Source: an uncultured bacterium
GTDB taxonomy: Bacteria > Chlamydiota > Chlamydiia > Chlamydiales > 2-12-FULL-49-11
Length of the DNA stretch: 62,328 bases
Direction: 5' to 3'
Assembly: GCA_964552055.1 (NCBI GenBank)
Contig: CAZKFL010000004.1
Location: 28,892-91,219 of the forward strand
The notes beneath the pieces were generated by a model, which did not search any database, was not told the DNA's origin, and worked only from the letters and a program-made list of their open reading frames with translations. Below, piece by piece: positions 1 through 8,821 of this stretch. How positions within the stretch are numbered: the stretch's first letter is position 1; each line of letters begins with the position of its first letter. The translations under genes and the position numbers were made by a program.

Positions 1-180
1 GGGAATTTAGCTTCTTTCTTGTACTTTTTGCAAGAAAAACACCCTAAATCGTTCAAAAAAATAGAAATGACTGTCCGTTCTGTCGCGCCTTTCTTTGAAA
101 AATTTGATCCCCATCATCCAAAACTTGCAAAGTTTCTAGCTGATGGAATGAAGATTTTCGCAGAGAAAAATCTTAAATAA
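1..180 (+). pseudogene. 3' fragment of a probable AAA-family (COG4637-like) ATPase, apparently truncated; runs off the window start
   Basis: Frame 1 is open from base 1 to TAA at 178-180: GNLASFLYFLQEKHPKSFKKIEMTVRSVAPFFEKF. This resembles the segment I recall preceding the LSDGT signature of this family, but the ORF stops before any such signature. Confidence 0.45.
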
Positions 181-234
181 TTTTTATGTTGGGTCAGAGT
201 GAAAACATTTTGGCCCTATTTGCTGTTATGCTGC

Positions 235-1371
235 TCAATGTCGGATAAAATGAGTTATTACAAAGTTTTGCAGTTTATGTGTCTCTTGTAAATCTCCTGT
301 ATAGGGAATATCGGGGTGGTAAGGAACGTTGTGTCCACGAGGTCGATTTCTATACACTTTGATGGGGTAGCCTAAAAATCCTTTGTTGCTAGGAAGAGCG
401 ACTCGTCTTAATTCCATATATACGCTATCTGCATTTGTCGTTTCGCCTAAAAAGCTTATATTTGCATTCAATGCTTTAAGAGAGTCAATGAAGTCTAGAC
501 AGGCGCTTCCACACTTTCTGTCGATGATTACAATTAAGGGGCCATTAAATAATTTTGGAGCGCTTGAAGCGCTTTGTGGGGGTGGGGAGCCTGTATCGCT
601 GTAAAAACTTTCTCCCTTTGAATAGGCTGTAAGCATTCCCTCATAAGTAATTTCCATTTGTTTAATCATAGGATGCGTCTCACCAAATTCACCTTTCAAT
701 TGCTCAACAAGACCTTTTGCATGCTCTATATTTTCAGGGCTTGCTCGCCACTCCGTATAGACAGCTTGATTTGCTTTAAATAACGCCTCATTAACGTGCT
801 CTACACCAAAAAGCGACTTTAAAAGCTCATCGCCCCATGTAGAGTCGCCACCACCATTTCCTCGTATGTCGATTACAACCTTTTGGCTCCTAAGAGATGG
901 TAAGGCCGTTATCAACTCATTAAGCTTGGCAATCTCTTCTTGCTTGGGTTCAAATGTGTGTAAATGGATCCAAGCGGTCCCATTTATTAATTTCTCAATA
1001 CCAAATCGTGGCATGATTCGCACTGTTGCGGGCGAATTTTGATTCGTTGATTTATAAAAAACACCGAGGTGGGAGTCATGAAAACTTTCACCAAATTCTT
1101 CAATAATTTTAGCTTTTTCTTCATCGGTTCCAGCATTAGAAAGCTTTTCCAGTGCGCTCGCAAAATTTTTTTCCAATTGCTGGGAAAAATCAGGGTCCAA
1201 TTGATTATGCATGCCTGGATGGTTCTCTATGAGTGTCTTTCGAACAAATAGGAGATCTTTAGTAAATGACTCTTCACGATTTATAATAATAAAATTTTTA
1301 CTAATACTATTCGAAGGTTTCTGAAAAGTACGCACTTCTTCATATAGGGCAGGTTGGTAATTATCTATCAT
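235..1371 (-). CDS. S41 family peptidase (tail-specific/CtpA-like)
   Basis: IDIRGNGGG motif and catalytic-serine region CGSAC; 378 aa. Confidence 0.85.
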   Translation of the reverse strand: MIDNYQPALYEEVRTFQKPSNSISKNFIIINREESFTKDLLFVRKTLIENHPGMHNQLDPDFSQQLEKNFASALEKLSNAGTDEEKAKIIEEFGESFHDSHLGVFYKSTNQNSPATVRIMPRFGIEKLINGTAWIHLHTFEPKQEEIAKLNELITALPSLRSQKVVIDIRGNGGGDSTWGDELLKSLFGVEHVNEALFKANQAVYTEWRASPENIEHAKGLVEQLKGEFGETHPMIKQMEITYEGMLTAYSKGESFYSDTGSPPPQSASSAPKLFNGPLIVIIDRKCGSACLDFIDSLKALNANISFLGETTNADSVYMELRRVALPSNKGFLGYPIKVYRNRPRGHNVPYHPDIPYTGDLQETHKLQNFVITHFIRH

Positions 1372-1471
1372 ATAAAATATTTTACTATGTATTGAAACTA
1401 TAATTATTTTAACACATAATTACATTTTAAACTAGTCCGCTGACAGATATTTTGGCTCTTTCTATCTGCGC

Positions 1472-1529
1472 CTGGCCAAGAGAGATGTTCTGACAGTCGC
1501 TGCAGGCGGCGGGTCATCCTTTCGTTTAT
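1472..1529. repeat. 58-bp direct repeat, copy A (copy B at 3202-3259)
   Basis: ctggccaagagagatgttctgacagtcgctgcaggcggcgggtcatcctttcgtttat vs 3202-3259; offset 1730; 5 mismatches. Confidence 0.95.
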
Positions 1530-1536
1530 GAGGATA

Positions 1537-2499
1537 TTATAGGCGGGACTTTGGTTTTGGTTGTAGTGTCGGATGAGCATGTACACCGTAAGCTTCGGGA
1601 GTCTCATGTAGCTGTCCTTCCGCATTAATGCCTGTTTTAATAATAAATGGGGAGGTTATTGCGGCTGTAAAGGTTTTGTATGATTCAACATATATGCGTT
1701 TTCCTGTGACTGGGCAGCTGCTATCATTGGGATCGTTATAGTAGATATTTTCGCAATCGCCTAGTTTTTCGGCTCCGATTAGTATGATCACATGTCTTTC
1801 GTTATATTCATCGCATTTGGACCATTCAGGAAAATAGTAAATTGCCCGTGCAGCAATTTTGCGAGTAGAGCAACTTGCACTTGATGAGTAGGATGAGATT
1901 CCTAAATTGCCAGCTACGGCCATAGGTCCATAATTTTTTAAAATTTGAATAAGGTTCTTAATTGGTTGATCAGGAGTCCATTTTGATGGTTGTAATTGGT
2001 ATTTCATCATCATTGTATGGATCACAAAATTCTGAAGAAGGAATCTTTTAACTTTTAGGGGTAGGTCATCCCAAAGTTTTAGCTCAAATTTTATCAGCAT
2101 TGTTTGTGTCATTTGAGAAAGGCTATTCCAATCTTTAGCACGACCGCTTGCGCTAATAAACATATCAATCGGATTAATACCAAATGCAGTTAAGAGGGCT
2201 CTATCACAATGGCTTATATCAGCTAAAAACTCATCTGGAATCTTGTTAGAATAGGGATGACGTACAGCGCAAGCGGTTACTTGTTTACGCCATAAAGAAA
2301 TTGCTTTTTCAATGGTTCTAGATTCGCTATCAGAAGCGCCATGAAAAGGGCCAATACGTACTCTTAATGGCAAAAAACCATAATAGGAACATGTAGGACC
2401 TTTTTGTCTGGATTGAGTGACACGAAAACGGTCGTCCTCTACCCCATATCCTTTAAAAGATTCTCGTCGGTCAGGTTTGCCCGGCGGTAATTCCCACAA
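1537..2499 (-). CDS. Papain-like (C39-like) cysteine protease, candidate effector
   Basis: QKGPTC37SYY ... RH236VIILIG ... IYYND256P gives the Q/C-H-D order of papain-fold proteases. The TTG start is uncertain. Confidence 0.6.
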   Translation of the reverse strand: MWELPPGKPDRRESFKGYGVEDDRFRVTQSRQKGPTCSYYGFLPLRVRIGPFHGASDSESRTIEKAISLWRKQVTACAVRHPYSNKIPDEFLADISHCDRALLTAFGINPIDMFISASGRAKDWNSLSQMTQTMLIKFELKLWDDLPLKVKRFLLQNFVIHTMMMKYQLQPSKWTPDQPIKNLIQILKNYGPMAVAGNLGISSYSSSASCSTRKIAARAIYYFPEWSKCDEYNERHVIILIGAEKLGDCENIYYNDPNDSSCPVTGKRIYVESYKTFTAAITSPFIIKTGINAEGQLHETPEAYGVHAHPTLQPKPKSRL

Positions 2500-2742
2500 G
2501 ATTGCATCGGATGTATTGGTAAGCCTTTCGATGATTGCTACCTTTTAAGTAAATTAAAGTTACGTAAGATAGTATTATATTGTGTTTTTTATAAAACGCA
2601 AACGGTAAATAAGATATGGGATTTATTTGAAATAATTAAGAATTTCTCTATCTATTCTCCACTAGGAAGAGATTAGCATTTTTCCAAATCCTTGCGGATT
2701 TTTTGGTTTTTGAGAGATTTATAATTTATGCTAGTCTATTAA

Positions 2743-3165
2743 TTAATGACCGCGATGCTTTTCTTTCTTTTTGTCTTGCTTCAAGGCGAATTGCTCGTCT
2801 TTACGAGCTTGTTTTTCATCGCTGCTAACACTTTTGCGTTCTTTCTTTTTTTTCTCAATCTCTTCTCTCATATAGTCTTGCGCAAAGGTCGAAGGCTGTG
2901 CTGTTTCCCTCATCTTTTCCATTTCTCGGCGAACCTCTCTTTGTACTCTTTTTCGATTCATGCGTTGAATTTGAATAGTGATTTCTTTAGTCTCTCCAAA
3001 TTTTAATTCATGCCAATGGTTAAGAATAAACTCATGAACTTCCGGATCTGCAGGTTCCCCACCAAAAATATGCCTTGCAACAGCATAACCTTCCTTATCT
3101 GTTCTCTCAAAAATTCCGATCCAAAATCGCCTTTCAAAAAAAATTGTTGCCTTGACTGTGACCAT
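2743..3165 (-). CDS. YjdF/DUF2992 family protein
   Basis: TIFFE..FWIGIFER, FGGEPAD.EV, and a Lys/Glu-rich C-terminus ending KKKEKHRGH. Confidence 0.8.
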   Translation of the reverse strand: MVTVKATIFFERRFWIGIFERTDKEGYAVARHIFGGEPADPEVHEFILNHWHELKFGETKEITIQIQRMNRKRVQREVRREMEKMRETAQPSTFAQDYMREEIEKKKKERKSVSSDEKQARKDEQFALKQDKKKEKHRGH

Positions 3166-3179
3166 ATAACCTTAAAACA

Positions 3180-3572
3180 TTAACGAGAAAACCATGACCG
3201 TCTGGCTAAGAGAGGCGTTCTGACAGTCGCTGTAGGCGGCGGGTCATCCTTCCGTTTATACTGCATGTAATGCGTATATATTGGGAGCATTCTTTGATTA
3301 ACCACAACTGTTAAAGCTTCATCTCTAGGATAATAGGTGCCTGATAGATTATGTATTTCAGAAATCTTTGCTTTATCAAGCTTTTCTGAAAACTCTAGAT
3401 ATATTTCACTTACCTTAGATTCCAATGCAGTATCTTGGAGCAAATTAGTCAAAAGAAACTTGATGCTTATGTCCCAAGGAAATTGTAGAGAACGTCCAAT
3501 AGAAATTTCAGGAGGTTTATAAAGGCGACCTTCTAACGTTACCGCCCCAACTGGATCAAATGACATAGACAT
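3180..3572 (-). CDS. Hypothetical protein, 130 aa
   Basis: ATG-started ORF filling the intergenic space; no recognised motif. Confidence 0.55.
   Translation of the reverse strand: MSMSFDPVGAVTLEGRLYKPPEISIGRSLQFPWDISIKFLLTNLLQDTALESKVSEIYLEFSEKLDKAKISEIHNLSGTYYPRDEALTVVVNQRMLPIYTHYMQYKRKDDPPPTATVRTPLLARRSWFSR
3202..3259. repeat. 58-bp direct repeat, copy B (encodes the C-terminal KRKDDPPP tail of the 130-aa ORF)
   Basis: Matches 1472-1529 with 5 mismatches. Confidence 0.95.
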
Positions 3573-3772
3573 ACCTTAGACTATACAAAATAGACCTAAA
3601 AAGAGCAAGATTCATTCCTTCATTCCTTAAGTAAAATAAAATCTAAGAGTTGCGCTCAATATGTATGGTAATTATTTGAGAAAAAAAATAGTGCGTAAAG
3701 TCAATTGAACTGCTATTATTACAGTCGATAATATTATTAACTTTAATAGACAATAAAATTGAAGGGATATTT

Positions 3773-4534
3773 ATGACTTCACTACCATCTCCAATAGAGC
3801 ACCTACCTAATCTTCTTAGAAATTCGATTTTTGGATTTTTACCCCCAGAAGATATTGTTCGAAGTAGGCGCGTTTGTAAAAAATTCGAAGCGACATCACT
3901 TGATCTTCGAGTATGGAGTGTCAAGGGTTTCAGTGCAGTGCCCAAAATTCGTGTTATAGATTCAAGTGCATGGCTCCCTTTTGGATTTGAAATAGAAGAT
4001 ACCTCTCCTCTGGATTGCGCTAGCTTATTTAGTATGGCTCGTTCTTGGGCTTTAGTAAAGGATGTTGGATTTACAGTAATGAAAATTCCAAAAGGTCTTA
4101 CCATAAATTTCTTAAAAGAGGCCCTAGGTCCGGATAGCTTTACTGACCCGAGAGTTGTGGCAGTTCTTGAGACGGAAGCAGTTTCAGAAACTTATCAAAT
4201 GGTTATTACAAATGCGAACCTTATAAATAGCACGCGCAAAACAATGAAGGATCTTCGAACCGCAGTTAACGCAAGAGGGAGCGAAATACCTAGTGCTATC
4301 GAGCTGCTGTCATTGATGCTTTTGACAAAAAGTGTGTTTGGAAAACATCCATATTCTCGAGATGATTATCCAAAATATTCTTGTGAACATTACACACGGT
4401 GCCGGGACGCTGTACCTTGGGAAGGTTATTCAATCTATCTTTCTGGTTATAGTTCAATAACAGGGACTCTTGCTGAGCGTATTAGAGACTGCGAAGGATA
4501 TACCATTGGAATTGGCGCTGTGCGCCGTCTTTAA
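3773..4534 (+). CDS. F-box domain protein (chlamydial effector family)
   Basis: N-terminal IEHLPNLLRNSIFGFLPPEDIVRSRRVCKKF fits the F-box consensus. The C-terminal domain is similar to that of the ORF at 41733. Confidence 0.75.
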   Translation: MTSLPSPIEHLPNLLRNSIFGFLPPEDIVRSRRVCKKFEATSLDLRVWSVKGFSAVPKIRVIDSSAWLPFGFEIEDTSPLDCASLFSMARSWALVKDVGFTVMKIPKGLTINFLKEALGPDSFTDPRVVAVLETEAVSETYQMVITNANLINSTRKTMKDLRTAVNARGSEIPSAIELLSLMLLTKSVFGKHPYSRDDYPKYSCEHYTRCRDAVPWEGYSIYLSGYSSITGTLAERIRDCEGYTIGIGAVRRL

Positions 4535-4602
4535 TACGATCGTTCTCAGTAGGTAGATAAGAGAGTATTCATTATAAGCCCTGCGGCGTTTTTAGTAAAT
4601 TC

Positions 4603-4632
4603 TTGACTAACTAGTCTTCTAAAAGATAAAAT
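4603..4632 (+). promoter_or_regulatory. Putative sigma66/sigma70-type promoter for the DUF1016-mur operon
   Basis: TTGACT-N18-TAAAAT, 28 bp upstream of the ATG at 4660. Confidence 0.4.
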
Positions 4633-4659
4633 TTAATCTATTTAATTTTTTGAGAACAT

Positions 4660-5730
4660 ATGTTTGATCTAGAAAATAAAAAATCAGATGTTGATGGAAA
4701 GGATCACGATTTTCTTCCTAATAAAGAATATGTTACTTTGGTTGCTGATCTTAAAAAGAGGGTTCAAGAATCTCAGGTAAAAGCATTTGTGTCTGTCAAT
4801 AAGGAGCTTATTAAGCTTTATTGGGAAATTGGTAAAGCCATTATTGAAAAGCAAAAAGAGTCTAGTTGGGGCTCTAAATTTGTAGATAGACTTGCTAAAG
4901 ATTTAAGATCGATGTTTCCTGAAATGCAAGGGTTTTCTCTAAGAAATGTACGGTATATGGTTAAGTTTGCGAGAGAATATCCAGAATTTTCAATTGTGCA
5001 GCAGGTTGCTGCACAATTGCCATGGGGACATAACATGCTTATCTTAGATAAATTGGGCGAGATTGAGGCGCGAGTTTGGTATGGTGAAAAAACATTAGAA
5101 AATGGATGGAGTCGTAGTGTGCTTTCCCATTGGATTGATAGTAATTTATACGAGCGGCAAGGGAAAGGGATTTCAAATTTTAAAGATACTCTTATTGCGC
5201 CTCAATCTGATTTGGCTAGGGAGATGCTAAAGGATCCATTTTGCTTTGATTTTGTTGCTCTCAGGAAGGACTTTGATGAAAGGGAGTTGGAAAATGGGCT
5301 TCTAGATCATATTCAGAAATTTTTATTGGAACTAGGTGCAGGATTTGCCTTTGTTGGCAGGCAGGTTCATCTTGAAATTGGCGGGCAAGATTTTTATGTG
5401 GATTTGCTTTTTTATCATTTGAAGCTGAGGTGTTATATTGTAATAGAGTTGAAAGCGACAGAATTTAACCCAGAGTATTCAGGTAAGGTAAACTTCTATC
5501 TAACGGCTGTGGACAAATTACTTAAGGCGCCAGATGATAAGCCAACAATTGGGATGATTTTATGTAAGACAAAAAATAAAATTGTTGCGGAATATGCTCT
5601 TCAAGATATTCGAAAACCGATCGGCATTTCTGAATATGAAACAAAAATCATAGAGTCGCTTCCAGATAACTTAAAAAGTTCGTTACCAACTATTGAAGAA
5701 ATTGAAGAGGAACTCTGCCAGAGATTATGA
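4660..5730 (+). CDS. DUF1016/YhcG family PDDEXK nuclease-domain protein
   Basis: LYWEIG, GFS.RN..YM..FA, QLPWGHN, KDPF.FDF, LELGAGFAFVGRQ, DLLFYH..LRCYIVIELK. Confidence 0.92.
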   Translation: MFDLENKKSDVDGKDHDFLPNKEYVTLVADLKKRVQESQVKAFVSVNKELIKLYWEIGKAIIEKQKESSWGSKFVDRLAKDLRSMFPEMQGFSLRNVRYMVKFAREYPEFSIVQQVAAQLPWGHNMLILDKLGEIEARVWYGEKTLENGWSRSVLSHWIDSNLYERQGKGISNFKDTLIAPQSDLAREMLKDPFCFDFVALRKDFDERELENGLLDHIQKFLLELGAGFAFVGRQVHLEIGGQDFYVDLLFYHLKLRCYIVIELKATEFNPEYSGKVNFYLTAVDKLLKAPDDKPTIGMILCKTKNKIVAEYALQDIRKPIGISEYETKIIESLPDNLKSSLPTIEEIEEELCQRL

Positions 5731-6881
5731 AAAAAGCATTGGTAATTGGTTTGGGAGTGAGTGGCAGAGCTGTAGTGCAATACTTGTTGCAGCAAGGCTA
5801 TGAAGTGGTGGCTGTTGATAGGGCTGTGGCTGTGGATTTTACTTTGTGTCCTGTGTTTTTAGATGATCACGAATTTGCGGTTTTTGATTTCGATATTGTG
5901 GTGGTGTCTCCGGGAATACCGCTTACTCATAGATTGTATCAGAAGGCGATTGATTTAGGTGTTGAGGTGATTGGTGAGGCGGAGCTTGCGTTTAGGGAGC
6001 TGAAGAATCGGGCAATTGGGGTGACGGGATCGAATGGAAAAAGTACGACGGTTATGGCGATTACTCATGTGTTAAATGAGAGTGGGAGGAGGGCGAGAGC
6101 TCTTGGAAATATTGGGGTGCCGTTAATTTCTGTGGTGGGTGATTTGGAGGAGGATGAAATTGTTGTTGCGGAACTGAGCTCTTTTCAGCTTGAGACTTGC
6201 AGGGCGAAGGTATTTGATGTGGCGATGATTTTGAATATAACGCCGAATCATTTGGATCGGCATGGGAGTATGGAGAATTACATTCTTGCAAAGAGGAGGA
6301 TTTTTGATTGTGTTAAGAAGGGTGGTGTTTATGCGGAAGATCTCGAAGGTGGTGATTATGTATGGTTTGCGGTGAACTATTTTGGTGTGACTAGGGAAGA
6401 ATATCTCAATGCGATGAAGAGTTTTAAGAGGCTTGCGCATAGGATGGAATTTGTAGGAGAGATTCGGGGAGTGAAGTGCTATAACGATAGTAAGGCAACA
6501 ACGATGGACGCTGTTGCATATGGTGTCAAGGCGATTGGGAAGGATATTATTTTGATTGCAGGCGGCCGGCATAAGGGGGGAAGTTTTTCAATTTGGAATG
6601 AGTGTTTTCCGGGAATAGTGAAGGCGATTTTTTTGATGGGAGAGGCCAGGCATTTGATTGCAAGTGAACTTCGAATGGATATTCCGATTGAGCTTGTCGA
6701 AACTTTAGAGGAGGCAATTGAAAAAGGGTTGCAAGTAGCAAGGTTTGGTGATAATCTGGTTTTATCCCCTGGATGTAGTAGTTATGACATGTTTCGTAAC
6801 TTTGAAGAGCGTGGGGAGGCGTATAAAAAAGGGTTAGAAGGTGAATCGAAGAGATACGATCCTAATTTCAGTTCTAGTTAA
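5727..6881 (+). CDS. murD: UDP-N-acetylmuramoyl-L-alanine--D-glutamate ligase (short, 384 aa)
   Basis: GLGVSG, VVSPGIP, GVTGSNGKSTT, ELSSFQLE, NITPNHLDRH, NDSKAT, LSPGCSSYDMF.NFEERG. Confidence 0.95.
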   Translation: MKKALVIGLGVSGRAVVQYLLQQGYEVVAVDRAVAVDFTLCPVFLDDHEFAVFDFDIVVVSPGIPLTHRLYQKAIDLGVEVIGEAELAFRELKNRAIGVTGSNGKSTTVMAITHVLNESGRRARALGNIGVPLISVVGDLEEDEIVVAELSSFQLETCRAKVFDVAMILNITPNHLDRHGSMENYILAKRRIFDCVKKGGVYAEDLEGGDYVWFAVNYFGVTREEYLNAMKSFKRLAHRMEFVGEIRGVKCYNDSKATTMDAVAYGVKAIGKDIILIAGGRHKGGSFSIWNECFPGIVKAIFLMGEARHLIASELRMDIPIELVETLEEAIEKGLQVARFGDNLVLSPGCSSYDMFRNFEERGEAYKKGLEGESKRYDPNFSSS

Positions 6882-7482
6882 TATGGCGCTTTTGATAGCG
6901 TTATTTGTCTTTGCAATTAAGCCAGCAACACCGATTGAGATTGCCAAGGTGAGTTTACAGGGAGAGAAGAAAACTCTAAAAAATAGTCCTCCTGAAGAAA
7001 AAGTTTCCCTTGATCAAGTTGATAATCTTTTAAGTAAATTTGTTGCTCAAGAGGTTAAAGCAGAGGTTGAACAAATTGTTGCCGAGATTATTGAAAAACC
7101 GGTTCCTATAATAGATTCAAGTCGTAAGGAAATTATTGTTAAACAAGGTGATAGCCTAGACAAGATTGCAAAAACTCACCATACAACTGTTTCTGAAATT
7201 ATGAAAATTAATCGGTTGCTTGATAGCAGGCTAAATATTGGTCAAATTTTATATGTACCGATTGTTTCAGAATTTACGAGTGAATCTAAACCTTTACCAC
7301 CAAGCATCCCAAGCGCAAGCAATAAAGCTGAAGCCAAATATTATATTGTCAAACATGGCGATAATCCGTGGACAATTGCGATTAAAAACGGAATAAAAGT
7401 CGAAGAACTTCTTAAGTTAAACAATCTTGATGAAAGTAAAGCTAAGAAGCTCAAACCCGGCGATAAGCTTCGGATATACTGA
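6841..7482 (+). CDS. nlpD: Membrane-anchored protein with two LysM domains (chlamydial NlpD)
   Basis: N-terminal TM helix; two LysM motifs (IVKQGDSLDKIA, YIVKHGDNPWTIA); lies between murD and ftsW. Confidence 0.85.
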   Translation: MNRRDTILISVLVNMALLIALFVFAIKPATPIEIAKVSLQGEKKTLKNSPPEEKVSLDQVDNLLSKFVAQEVKAEVEQIVAEIIEKPVPIIDSSRKEIIVKQGDSLDKIAKTHHTTVSEIMKINRLLDSRLNIGQILYVPIVSEFTSESKPLPPSIPSASNKAEAKYYIVKHGDNPWTIAIKNGIKVEELLKLNNLDESKAKKLKPGDKLRIY

Positions 7483-7545
7483 GAGTGATTCAAAAATGAG
7501 GATGCCGGCAATGAAAAAACCAATTTTTGAAACACGATCAGTATA
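7475..7545. mobile_element. 71-bp internally deleted MITE of the TATACTG...CAGTATA family; supplies the nlpD stop codon
   Basis: Ends tatactgagagtgattcaaaaa / ccaatttttgaaacacgatcagtata match the ends of the 219-bp elements at 34155 and 36054, in inverted orientation; TA at both ends. Confidence 0.85.
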
Positions 7546-7715
7546 TACTCATGACAGTTTAAAGACCCAGATTTTTCGCAGCAGAATCGTTTTAGTTCAA
7601 TTAGGCGAAGCCGTCCGCTGAAGAGGGCTCTGTTTAAAATCAGGCTTGATGAAGCGGAATTGAAATAAAAAGATTCCGCAATGAAAAAGAGGGTGTTTCA
7701 ACTGGAATGAGTATA
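7544..7715. mobile_element. 172-bp MITE of a TATACTC...GAGTATA family, sharing a TA with the 71-bp element
   Basis: TIR tatactcatgacagtttaaagaccc vs reverse complement tatactcattccagttgaaacaccc (21/25); internal gcggaat...attccgc hairpin. Confidence 0.8.
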
Positions 7716-7717
7716 TA

Positions 7718-8821
7718 ATGAAGTATAGATTCGGACTCTTTGTAACTATAGTCACAATTTTTTTGTTAGGTGTGATTATGGTGTTTAATACAACATCTGC
7801 CGAAGTTATTGATAGAGGTTCCGAACTCCAATCGTATCTTTCGATGGGGAAACAAATTGCATTTTCTTTATTTGGGGTATTTGTCGGATATCTCATTTAT
7901 CTATTTGGCTATGAAAAACTGATTGATAATGGATATCTTCTATTAGGATTGTCTTTTGTCTTATTAGGTCTTGTATTTGTTCCTAAGATCGGAATGCACA
8001 TTAATGGCGCATATCGCTGGATTAATGTTTTTGGAATATCCTTACAGCCATCTGAATTTGTGAAGATAGTCCTTCCTATATTTTATTTAAAGCTTTTAAG
8101 AACTTCAGGAGAAGTGCTTACATTTAGGAAATTTTTCTTTTGGCAGTTCATTTTATTAGCTCCTATCCTTTTGATTATGATTGAACCAGATAACGGAACA
8201 GCTGCGATATTGCTTGCAACTCTAGTGATATTATACTTTGTAACAGAAATTCGGTGGATGTACTGGGTATTACCAATTATTGTTGTTGCTCTTCTTGGCG
8301 TAACGCTTGGTCTTAGTATGAAGCATGTAAGAGATCGAATTCATATCTATCTACATCCGGAAGCCGATCTTTTAGGTAAAGGGCATCAACCCTACCAGGC
8401 AAAAATTGCAGCGGGATCGGGTGGATTAGTCGGAAAGGGACTCGGAGAGAGTTTGCAAAAATATAACTACCTTCCGGAGGCTAGAAGTGATTATATAGCA
8501 GCGATCTATGCAGAGGAGTTTGGCTTTATAGGTGTCTTCTCACTGATCATTTTATATATGGTAATTTCCGTATTCGGATTTAGCATAGCAGTTACAGCGA
8601 AAACTCAAGAAGGGTATTATCTTGCAACAGTGTTTACATTTATGGTCTCCCTGCAAGCCTTTTTAAATTTAGGTGTTGTCTCGGGACTTTTGCCAAGCAA
8701 AGGGACCAACCTACCCTTTTTTAGCCAAGGCGGATCATCGCTACTTGCTAATATTTTTATGATTGCCATTATTATGAGTGTTCAGCCAAAGGAGATCCAA
8801 TGCGAAAAAAGATTGTCATAG
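7718..8821 (+). CDS. ftsW: SEDS family peptidoglycan polymerase FtsW
   Basis: RWI..FGISLQPSEFVK, EPDNG, GKGLGES.QK..YLPEARSDYI, LLPSKG..LPFFSQGGSSL. Confidence 0.95.
   Translation: MKYRFGLFVTIVTIFLLGVIMVFNTTSAEVIDRGSELQSYLSMGKQIAFSLFGVFVGYLIYLFGYEKLIDNGYLLLGLSFVLLGLVFVPKIGMHINGAYRWINVFGISLQPSEFVKIVLPIFYLKLLRTSGEVLTFRKFFFWQFILLAPILLIMIEPDNGTAAILLATLVILYFVTEIRWMYWVLPIIVVALLGVTLGLSMKHVRDRIHIYLHPEADLLGKGHQPYQAKIAAGSGGLVGKGLGESLQKYNYLPEARSDYIAAIYAEEFGFIGVFSLIILYMVISVFGFSIAVTAKTQEGYYLATVFTFMVSLQAFLNLGVVSGLLPSKGTNLPFFSQGGSSLLANIFMIAIIMSVQPKEIQCEKRLS

Noticed and set aside
1404-1625. 73-aa ORF from the track
   Set aside because: It overlaps the protease 3' end in another frame. The informative reading of this DNA is the in-frame tail after the TAA at 1537.
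3643-4104. 153-aa minus-strand ORF
   Set aside because: Antisense shadow of the F-box gene; no motif
3773-4534. F-box C-terminal domain considered as a DGR target
   Set aside because: No reverse transcriptase and no template/variable repeat pair differing at adenines in the window
6061-6741. Several 64-149-aa minus-strand ORFs
   Set aside because: Shadows of murD produced by its skewed base composition
7597-7896. 99-aa minus-strand ORF
   Set aside because: Spans the MITE and antisense ftsW; not a plausible gene
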